64,000 nt of DNA from Eledone cirrhosa (taxonomy: Eukaryota). The DNA lies in contig OZ024740.1 in NCBI GenBank assembly GCA_964016885.1, forward strand, positions 377,952,001 to 378,016,000, read 5' to 3'. A program made the translations under genes and the position numbers. Under the pieces are notes generated by a model, which was not told the origin of the DNA, made no database searches, and saw nothing but the letters and a program-made list of their open reading frames with translations. The number at the start of each line of letters is the position of its first letter. The first letter of the stretch is position 1. Below are positions 46,401 through 58,100 of this stretch, in pieces.

Positions 46401-49400
46401 TGTGACAAAAAAATTCAAGATCAATATTTTGCTGAAGATCAATATTTTTCTGATTTTCACCAACTTCAAATTCTACATAAATAAGGTGCTAAAATATCTG
46501 GAGTGATTATTTTACAATGAAACACTGTTTATCTACATTTATATTGTCATTGGTGTTATTTATGCATTCCCTTGAAAATATTTCCAACAAATTTTTATAA
46601 TTTGAACGTTTTAAAATATAAATATTTCATACACATACACACATGAGCTCACAAATTCTCTGTACTCAAGGCCCTCATCTCACTAGCATGCCATATTACA
46701 CTTCACTCTAAAAGAGAAACCCTTTGTTAGGATTGAAAACAATTGCTCCTTAAAAGTAAATGTTGCTGAGAGATCAAAGACTGCATGGCATAGAGAAGTC
46801 CCTTCTAGCCTACAATGGACAAAAAACTTCTTTAATGTCGGTTTTGTGATAAAATACATTCAGTATTATCTGTAAAGTGGTTGACAAATGAACCAAGACA
46901 ACATAGGGTAGAGAGGACCCTTTGATTTTGTCAAGGACTTGACAACTTTTCTAACGTTGGTGTCACAATATACACTCAGTATACTCTGTAAAGTGGTTGG
47001 CATTAGGAAGGGCATACAGCTGTAGAAACCATGATACAATATGGAAAGTTTGAGCATCCAACATGAAAAATGGATGTAAAATAATAATGATGATGATGAT
47101 GTACACACGCAATAGATAAGTAACCAACTATAACTACATTACAGAGATAATATTCAGGGACATCTGGATATGAGGTGAACTTTTATGCCCTGCCATCATA
47201 GACTAACATTGTGGTTTCCTTGATAACTAAGAGCCCCAAATCATAGAAAGATGTTACACTATAAACAAACGCCACAGTGTATAAAAATGGTTCTGCCCTA
47301 ATAGCATGGGGAAAATACAGGCTCTGTAAGCTACAATAAAAGTAAGCCATCTATGAGAGCACCTTAATCCTGGCAGTAACCTCTCTAGTGGCCAATGGCA
47401 TGATAACATACACCAAGTTCATGATGTAACGTGATTGGTGATAGGAAGCACATTCAGTCATAAAAACCATACCAAAACAAAAGTGTCATAAACAATAAGC
47501 GGGATTAGTTTTCTCTTTATTGTGCAATAGACCTGTCCAACTCATGCTAGCATGGAAAAATGGTCATAAAACTATGATAATAATATACAAAGAAATTTAT
47601 CACTACAAACAAAATTATAAATAATGCTCATGTGAAATAAATAATACCTGTATCAAGATCTCTAATCTTTTATCAGAAAGTCCTGCACCATAGATTAGAA
47701 ATAAATCTCATTGATAATAATAATGATAATGAAATTATTGTGTACAGTGCTCAGGTGCACTACAACTCATCAAAGGTGCATGTATAGCAGATAGAATAAT
47801 GTACAAATGTCAGGAAAATGAACAGTGTATGAGTCATGATATAATAATAATAATAATAATAATAATTGTTTCTACTTTAGGCATAAGGCCAGCAATTACC
47901 CAGTGCATTACTGGTACTTTATTTTATCGACCCCGTAAGGATGAAAGGCAAAGTCAACCTCGGCGGGATTTGAACTCAGATCGTAAAGGGACGTAACTAT
48001 GCTGGAAAGCAATAATAATAATAATAATGAAATATTGTGGTGCACAGTGCCCAGGTGCACCACAACTCATCAAAAAGTGCATGTACAGTACATAGGGCAA
48101 TGCACAAACACCAGGAAAATAAACAGTGCACGAGTCATGATACACACATGTGTGCATGTGTATGGAAGGGGTACATCAGGTGTAGTTTTGGCATATTTCA
48201 GGAAGCATGAGTGTCTTAAAGGATGCAGTGTCTCGGCAGCTAACAACTGACGCAGGCAGTTTGTTCCATGCTACAGCAACTCTGAGCGTGAAAAAATGTC
48301 TACGAAAGTCATGGGAGCTGTGCTGTTTTCTAATCTTGTAGGCATGTCCACGTGTGTTAGACACATGGAGATCAAAAAGGTGCTCAGGGTTGCAATTGGC
48401 GAGATGGTTAATAACTTTGTGGGTATTTACCAAGTCCATTGCCAGACGTCGGAGCTTCAATGAATCCATGCCCAGGGAAGCAAGGCGTTCAGAGTATGGT
48501 AGGTGTCTGATGGAGGGTATGCGCTTGGTTGTACGTCTCTGAACAGTTTCCAGGAGGTCAATGTTCTGAGCAAGATAGGGGTTCCAGACTGATGATGCGA
48601 ATTCCAAGTGTGGTCGTACCATAGCTGTATACAGTTTTAAATAGATGGCTGGAGAGCGGCTAACAAAGGTCTTGCTGAGTGATGCCAAGACACCCTCGGC
48701 CTTCTTGACAATCTTAGAGACATGCTTTGTCCAACGCAAATCGCTGCTGACAGTAATGCCCAGGTCACGTTCACAAGAGGACTTCTTGATATCAGTGTTG
48801 TGGAGGGAGTATGTGGACGCTGGATTTTCCTCCCAAAATGCATGGTGGTACACTTGTCCAAAGCCAGCTTCAGTTGCCAGTCTGTGATCCATTGCTGCAT
48901 TGTGTCCAGGTCTGATTGTAGGAAAGAGTTGTAGATTTCAGGATCAGTCCTTTTGATTTCAAGGTACAGCTTGATGTCATCTGCATATTTCAGTACCGTG
49001 GCATTCTGTAAGTTGGCATCTATGTCATTAATATATGCCACAAACAAAAGGGGACCTAGAACAGATCCCTGTGGTACATCAGATGACATCTCATATGGTG
49101 AAGAATGCTGTCCTAGAACCGTGACTACTTCTTTTCGGCTGAGAATGAAGGATTTCAACCAGTCGAAAAGATCATCCCTCACACCCATTGCAGAGGGTTT
49201 TGCCATAAGTCTTTTGTGTGGCACAGAATTAAAAGCCTTAGCAAAGTCAAAGGTAAACAATATCCACCCATGAGCCGCTGTCAGTGATCCGGGTGATGTC
49301 TTCAAGGAACTCGATAAGCTGATCACAGCAGCTGGAGTTAGGGATAAATCCAAACTGTGAGGGCCGGATGAGGCTGTGAGAGCTCCAGAAGTTCCAAAGT

Positions 49401-52022
49401 GTTTCTCTGACACAGGATTCCATCAGTTTGGCCATACAACTAGTAAGACTGACTGGACGATAGTTGACAGGTGACATGCGGTTGCCCTTTTTGAACAGGG
49501 GAATGACACTGGCAGTTTTCCACTGCTCCGGAGTAGCACCATTGTTGAGACAGTATTGAAAGAAGAAAGAAAGCTGGCGCAAAAGGAAATACCCGCCACG
49601 TTTGAGAAGCAGGTATGTAACACCATCAAGACCAGGGGAGGCATAGTTGCGCTTATTCTTAAGGTGACGTCGCAACATTGCAGGTGTAAATTCCATAGTT
49701 GTTATGGAATTTGATGTTAGAGATGGTGGAGATGGTACATCCTGGTTTTCAACAGTAAAAATACTTGCATAGCACTCAGCAATGAGTTCTGCGCATTCTT
49801 TGGGATCGTCAGTGATCTGGCTTGTGTGGGGATTGCGAAGAGGACCAACTGGAGAGTGAGGTCTCTGCTTTGAATGAACATATTTCCAGAACACCTTACT
49901 GTCAGGATTGGTTGCTATGCACTGTTCAAATTCAAGCACTGCCTTCTTTATCACTTGCTTGAGATGGTTAGAAGATTTATTCCGCTTTTTTCTGTTGGCA
50001 TCTGATTTATGCAGTTTATATTCCCGTTCAGCGTTCCGACGTTCTTTCCTGGCAAGTCGGACCGCTGAAGTTTCCCAAATTGCACTTTGGGGTGGTTTTT
50101 TTTCTGCTTACGTGGCACCGATGCTGCACACGCTATCCATATTGAGTCCAGGATGCTCTGGAGTATAGTGTTCACATCTCCAGAGTTATACATCTCATGC
50201 CAGTTTGGGCGCTGTAGCTCAGTGCAGTACAAGTTCCAATCTGCTCTCTTCCAATCAAAGCAAGCAGATTGGAGATGGCTCTGGTTTTTGTTGTTGCCTT
50301 CAAGTGCCAGATTGGCAATGATCATAGCATGATCAGAGTCGCCTAGAGGTTCCTCAGTAGTACAACTGATAACCACTTCAGGAGTAGTTGTGAAGATCAG
50401 GTCCAAAGTGCTGTCACCTCTTGTTGGAGAGGTGACTACTTGTGACCAGCACTAGTTCAAGGAAATCGTTTGCACCTTGTGGCCAACGAAAGGTTTCCCA
50501 ATCGATCTCAGGATGATTGAAGTCACCTGCAATAAACACATAAGTGGCTGTTTTCTTGGCAGCAACTCTGAGGATATCGCAAAGCTGTGTGTCCTGATGG
50601 TAGTTTGGGGGGTGATAAACAACACCAAGCAGAAGTGTTGACATGGTCATACGTATGTCACAGAAAAAAACTTCTTCCTGTGATTCGTTCAAATCAACGC
50701 AAGGAATTACCGAAAAGTTTGAACGAACATAGACCATCACACCACCACCACGGCGATTAATGCGGTCCTTGCGGAAAAGGTTGTACCCAGTAATGCTGAA
50801 AACCCCATCACAGAGTAAGGAATGTGCCCATGTTTCTGTGACTGTGATGAAGTCAGGGTCGACGCTTCTGACGTAGGATTCAAACAGATGTGTAGTGACC
50901 TACATTCCGCGGGCTCACATACATTCTCTGTGCGTGATTTGGCTCAGCTCAGCCAATCAGCGCCAGTAGAAGAGGATGTATCCCTACGCGTCCTGAGCCT
51001 GAGGGAGAAATTACCCGCGAAGATTTGAAGAATCTCTCTCTCGCACCAGGAACCTCGAACCAGCAACACGTACAACATGTGACGGTGAGATTTTGCACCT
51101 TAGCCTGCCGGCTTTCCAGTGCAATGGCACATTCCCTTTTGTAACCGCATTTTTATGTGTAACTTCAACCATACAAGTTAACCAACATTATTTGTGCTAC
51201 AACAAAAATAAACATACATTTCATCTCTAATTTCTGCTGTTGACATCATTATTATGTTACTCGTGTCTCAATAACATTTATAATCCATGCTGCTAAAGAT
51301 GTATCTTGTTGCATAAACTGCGAGCATTTAAGGACAACAATTTGTACCCTGCTCGCAGTTTATGATGGTGTGTAGAGGGTGGCAGGTTGTTCTGGTTTAG
51401 TTTCCCAGAGTTGTAGCAGTGTTTTCATTGCCAGTTATTGTGGGTAGATCACACTCAGACCAGCTGGTATCTTCTTCCACGTTTCACCAGCCTCAACAAA
51501 CCTCCAGATCTGCCCATCATCACGCAGACTAAAACTTTCATGTTGTGCTGAGTTCCGATTCAAGGAAGCTGCAGCACAGAGCTTTGGACGTACATGGGGT
51601 GGTAGGCCTGGGCGTGTTCAGAAGGTAATCCGATTTTCACGCCCAGCTTTAACAGAGGCCAGATGGTATGAGATTGCCTCAGCGGGGTCCAAAAAAGACA
51701 ACCTGATGAGTCTGGGTTTTGGACCAGGTCGACCAAGGCGGAGAGCACCCTTTGGGGGAACACAGCCTAGGTCTTTGGCTGAGCTGGCAGCAAATGCCTG
51801 AAGATCAGCCTTGTCCTCTGGTACCCCAATGGCAATTACTTCATGGGCAGCAGATTCCGCAGTCTTCTCAGTGTGGCCAGATACGGCAAGAGGTACAGGG
51901 AGATTCTTTAGCAAGGCATTCCGATAAGACCCCTCATTGTGGGGTCCTACCCGAATGCTTGCCTTTATTCCTGTTACTTCCCTTCTTAAAGCAGAAATCA
52001 TTAGTTGCAATTCTGCAAAATC

Positions 52023-52068
<46 letters not shown>

Positions 52069-52096
52069 GCTGCTGCTGCTGTTGCTGTTGTTGTTG

Positions 52097-52138
<42 letters not shown>

Positions 52139-55100
52139 TTGTTGTTGTTGGTGATGATGATGTTCCTCCACGGGAATGGTAGGGGAAGAAACAGTCGCAG
52201 GTTGTTGGTGTCGAGATGTACTGGGAGCGGAAGACATGGGTTGTTGTTGTTTCTGATGTTCTCTCACAGGAATAGCAGCAGAAGCCAGTGTCATAGGTTT
52301 TTGCCGTTGTTCAGTAACAATGGTAGAGGAAGATTCAGTCATCGGTTTTTGTTGTTGTTGTTGTTTTTCAATAACATTAGTGAAGGCAGGCACACAGGCT
52401 AGACAGTGAAAGGACCAGGATTTTAGCTGGACCATCTCCCATATTCCATCCATCATAGCATTATGATGTCTCTTTTTTTGGCCTGGGATCCTCCGGAAGC
52501 CTGTGGCGCATTGAAGGCAGACAGAGATGTGACAGGTTCCACATTCGACCCAGCGATTACGGAACGAGTTTTCGGGTTCCGAACAGATATGGCAGATGTT
52601 GTTTTCTGGGCAATGTTCTATTTTGGAACATCGCCCAGTTTTGTCGCATACTTCATCGATGGATATCACCATGGCAATTTTGTTATTTCTACCCATCCGT
52701 AGAAAAACACAGAATGTAAACAATATAGGTTTAGCGCACTTGATTACGATAGAAATAAAATGTCTGTTTTTTGTTTTGTTTTTTTGTGTATTTTGTTTCC
52801 GTTTTCCTAAATGTTGTGTTAACAGAAGAGTCTGTGCATGTAAACAAATAAATATGCTGCATAAGTTAAATGAAACGTACTGTAGAAGGCAACAGTTTAT
52901 TAACAGCGAAATAACGTTTTTTTTTCCTGATACTGCTTCTATTTAATAAACTTTCAATAATATTTTTCAAATTATTAACTTTCAGCTACTAGTATATATA
53001 TATAATTAAAAGGTGTATGTGGGTTAGAAGCGAAGTCAATGTTCAGAGATATTTTACCAATGTACGTAAGATTGGCCGGTATAGTGTCTCACACGAAATA
53101 GTGTGGTTTCTTTTCACGTGTGTGTATATGCATATGGTATATATCTGTATATAAATCTGTGTGTATATTGTTGTTTATATGTTTTGTGGAGTACTTACTG
53201 CGATCCCTAAGGGATGTAGTGATTTGTTTTTTTTTTTATACACCAGACCAACTGCAAACTAAAACTACAGGTGGGTTTAAGCTAGGTTAGCGTCTTTCAA
53301 ATCATAAGTACTATTAATAGTATCAAAGCATAAACTCCATGCTTCATAAGTAAACGTTCTTTCAAAAACAAGATACATCCAGACAAACTAAATTTGTTAA
53401 TGTATTCTTGAATAATTTCACTTCATAAGAGATTCACATGGAATATTAAATCAGTAAAGTCATTTCTCACCAATCCTGCAAAGTTTCTGTCCTTACCACA
53501 GAAATGTGATGAATAACTACAAATTAATGAAGGTGCATGACTTAGTGGTTAGAGCTTCAGGCTTCCAATCATGAGTTTGTGAGTTTGATTCTTGGACCAG
53601 GCTTTGCGTTGTATTCTTGAGCAAGACACTTTATTTCATGTTGCTCCAGTTCACTCAGCTGCATAAATGAGTTGCAATGTCACTGGTGTCAAGCTGTATT
53701 GGCCATTGCCTTTCCCTTAGATAACTTCGGTGGCATAGAGAGGGGAGACTGGAATGCATGAGCGACTGCTGGTCTTCCACAAACAACCTTGCCTGGACTT
53801 GTGCGTCGGAAGGGAACTTTCTAGGTGCAAATCCCATGGTTATTTGTAACCGAAGGGGGTCTTTACCCTTACAAATTAACTTAATTACTTTTCAGTAAAA
53901 ACAAAACCTGAATATATACATGATTTTAAAATTAATTGTCTTGTTGTTTTTTTTAAAACATTCTAATATAAAATGAATTCACACAAGTGAAATAATATAT
54001 AACATACCATATTCATAGCTTTGAGAATGAGAGCTGTTGCTATATTATCTGTGTGTGTTGTGAAGTGGTTACACCACTTTCCTGCCATATCCATCAGATC
54101 TATATATCCAACACCACGGCTATTCAGGATATAACTATTTCTCTAAGGATAATACAAGGTCAAAAATGGCACATTAGGATTTAGATTAGATAAAGGAAAG
54201 TGGACATCACTGAAAAGAAAACCGAAATAATTGTTTCTACTTTTGGCACAAGGCCAGCAATTTGAAAGAAAGGGAAAATTGATTAAATTGATAGCAATAC
54301 ATAACTGACTTCAGTCAAATGAGGCAATTTTATTGTTGATAAAAATAGTCACAATTTACAAATAAACCCAAAATATGCAGTCATGCCTCACTTAACAATC
54401 TCTCACATAATGATACCTAACTTTAATTATTATTTTTTAGATATTAAAAATACAAACTTAATGATTAATTGAACAATATTAATTGAGCTAAACATCTATA
54501 ATGACTACTTTGAAATTTTAATTAACACAATGTCCTTGATTATGTATGTAAATGTGTTTGTTCATTCAGTCAGTTTCATGTTGATATGTAGTATTTACAT
54601 GATCTTCACTATTATAATAATAATAATGAAATTATTGTGTAAAGTGCTCAGGTGCACTACAACTCGTCAAAGGTGTATGTATAGTACATAGAATAATATA
54701 CAAATGTCAGGGAAGTGAATAGTGTATGGGTCATGATAAACATGTGTGTATGTGTATGGAGGGGGAACATTAGGTGTAGTGTTGGCGAATCTCAGGAAGC
54801 ATGGAGGTTTTAAAGGATGCAGTGTCTCGACAGCTAACAACTGATGCAGGTAGTTTGTTCCATGCTTCAGCAACTCTGAGCGTGAAAAAATGTTTCCGAA
54901 AGTCATGGCAACTGTGCTGTTTTCTAACTTTGTGGGCATGTCCACTTGTGTTAGACACATGGAAATCAAAAAGGTACTCAGGGTTGTTGTTGGCAAGATG
55001 GTTAACAATTTTGTGGTGTTTGCCAGGCGTCGGAGCTTCAAAGTATCCATGCCCAGGGAAGCAAGGCGTTCAGAGTATGGTAGATGCCTGATGGAGGGTA

Positions 55101-58100
55101 TTCGCTTGGCTGCACGTCTCTGAACAGTTTCCAGGCGGTCAATGTTCTGAGCAAGATAGGGGTTCCAGACTGGTGATGCAAATTCTAAGTGTGGCCGCAC
55201 CATAGCCATGTACAGCCTTAAATAGATAGCTGGAGAGCGGCTGACAAAGGTCTTGCTGAGTGATGCTAAGACACTCTCAGCCCTTTTGACAATTTTAGAG
55301 ACGTGCTTCGTCCAACGCAAATCACTGCTGACCGTAATGCCCAGGTCACGTTCACAAGAAGACTTCTTGATATTAGTGCTGTGGAGGGAGTTTGTGGACG
55401 CTGGGTTTTTACTCCCAAAATGTATGGTGGTGCACTTGTCCACAGCTAGCTTGAGTTGCCAGTCTGAGATCCATTGTTGCATTGTGTCCAGGTCAGACTG
55501 CAAGCAAGATCTATAGTGTTCAGGATCTGTCCTTTTTATCTCAAGGTACAGCTTGATGTCATCTGCGTACTTTAGTACTGTGGCATTCTTTAAGTTGGCA
55601 TCTATGTCATTAATATATGCCACAAACAAAAGGGAGCCAAGAACAGATCCCTGTGGTACACCAGATGACATCTCATATGGTGAGGAATGCTGTCTCAGAA
55701 CCGTGACTACCTCTCTTCGACTGAGAATGAAGGATTTCAACCAGTTAAAAAGATCATCCTTCACACCCATTGCAGAGAGTTTTGCCATAAGCCTTTTGTG
55801 TGGCACAGAATTGAAAGCTTTCACGAAGTCAAGGTAAACAACATCCACCCATGAGCCACCATCAGTGATCCGCTTCTGTATTAAAAGATTTGAATTAATT
55901 TAGTCATCCAATCAGGCTTGCTAATTTTGCTAATTTCCAGCTAGATATAGCATATTTTAACACAACATAGCTTCTGTCAATAGCAGAAAATCTAGTTAAT
56001 TCTTTTATAAAATAATGTAGCATATCATAGCATATTTAATGCTGCAAGATAGGGGGTTTAAGAGAAATCTGAGGTGGAGTGGAGGAGAAAAGATTGCGTT
56101 GGTACAGACATGTGATGTGCACGGATGATGATCGATAGGCGAAGAAGTGCCAGGAAATGCTAGTGGAAGGAAGCCACAGTAGAGGTAGACCAAGAAAGAC
56201 CTGGGTAGAGAGTTGACCTCAAATTGCTGAGATTCACAGAGGAAATGACGAAGAAACGTGGTGAGTGGAGAGATGCTGTGTTATGAAGGACCCATCCAAC
56301 CAATGCAAGAGTGGAAAAACAGCCATAAAAATGATGATGATGATGATATATAACCATAAAGCTACATTAGTGATTCAACAGTTTTATGCTCAAATATATT
56401 TGTCAAACAAACTACAACTGTCTTATGTTGTGTTACAATTGTAGGCATTTAAATGCCTAAAACTACAGCCTCAGAGAGAAAAGTGAGAACAAATCTGTAC
56501 TTATAGACATCTCATATATATATTAATGCTTGTATTACTCTAATAATGTTGGTTATTCTTGCAGAAAATTGATTCCACTAATCTTTCATAGTTGAAAGAT
56601 TGCTATCATTGAACAAATACCTTGTTATCATTAACCAAATACTTAAGTATATCCTAGTACTGGAAAAGTAATGTAAAAACTACAATAACAAAAGGAAATT
56701 AAAGAAATACTAAAATGTTTTAGTTACCTTAAGATATTCTTGAACACCAACTTCATCACTGCCAGTAACTGTTCCCCATGAATAAAATTTGATGGTACGC
56801 TGTGGATACCACCCTTCTAATTTGCGCACATGCAAAAGACTGTGTATTAATTCCAATAACATTGCTGTACTTGACAAACTGGCCATTTGGAAAAGAGTGG
56901 AGATTGAACCATTTAAAATAGGCAAAGTTTCTGATGCAGCTGTTCCATATAGCCGTTGAGCACCAATTAATACCATCTCGTCTGCAGAAAAAAAATGAAA
57001 TAAAATAATTTGGAATCTTGTTTTCGCACAAATGCGGCAAGCTATCAGAAACAGTATTCATTTTTAACCCATCTGCTTTCTAAATTATAATGCTGCTTGA
57101 GTCAGTTTTACATTTCCTCCCTCCGAGGTCACTATAATAAATATCAATAACATACTGGTGTTGGTTCAACTGATTGTACCTCTTTCTTCACATTAAATAT
57201 AGTGATTATTCAAAAGAAAATAATTGTTTCTACTTTAGGCACAAGGCCAGCAATTACCCAGTGCATTACTAGTCAAAAGAAAATAATGTTGCCTTCTGAG
57301 TTCAAATACTACCGAGGTCAACTTTGCCTTTTATTATTTCAAGGTTGACAAAATAAAGTACCAGTCATGTACTGAGGTTAATGTAATCAACTTTTCCGTT
57401 CCCACAAATTGTTGGCCTTGTGCCTAAATAAGAAGAACAGGCCTATGAAAGTGAACCAAAATCATCAAAGAAAATAACTTTTTTCCATCCAGTTCTTCAG
57501 CATTTAATTCATTTTTTTTTTTTTACTAATTAAGCAAATTGAACTAAAAATACAACAATCATTTCCAAGGCTACTGAACTATGCTGGATGAAATTAAAAT
57601 TATACAAACATTTGGAAAATAGTCAAGTTACCTGGTAAATTTTTTCCATAAAGAGTTCCTTCAACATTGGAGACAGTGATGGTTTTCAAACAGGAAGAGA
57701 ACTTGAGATGCAAAGTGCAAAGTCCATCAACTGGAAAAGTAAAGTACTTAATAATATGAAATAAGTAATATATGGTAAAATTATATTGAAATAATATTAA
57801 ATCCATCTAAAAACTGTTCACACTTAAATTCTAGAAGAGGTTTGCTCAACATGCAGCCACACAGTGGGGTAGAACCCAAAGCCACATTCCCACAGCCATG
57901 CTTGCGTCTATGTCATGTCTGCACCATGCACACACACATATATATATAGTGTGTGTGTGTGTGTGTCTGTGTCTGTGTCTGTGTGTGTGTGTGTGTGGAC
58001 TAGCTTCTCTGAATTGTATATATATATATATATATTGGTTATATAGGAATATTTTTTTAAAATAACATAGTACCTGAATGGCTAGCTCCTGTATTGTATG

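Larger units (their letters stand above)
48011..53000 (-). mobile_element. Near full-length CR1/L2-type LINE (ORF1 + ORF2), decayed
   Basis: ORF2 pieces: LLSLNARSLCNK, ITVTETW, RKDRINRRGGGV, AGDFNHP, SDHAMI, NYRPVSLTS, DFAKAFNSVPH, PQGSVLGP, YADD, VWNPY. ORF1 lies at ~52696-51400. (TTA)n tail at 48011-48027. The 5' boundary is uncertain (53.0-53.3 kb). Confidence 0.93.

Noticed and set aside
51719-52402. 227-aa poly-Leu and 81-aa poly-Val/Ala ORFs
   Set aside because: Antisense readings of the CAA/CAG repeat in LINE ORF1.
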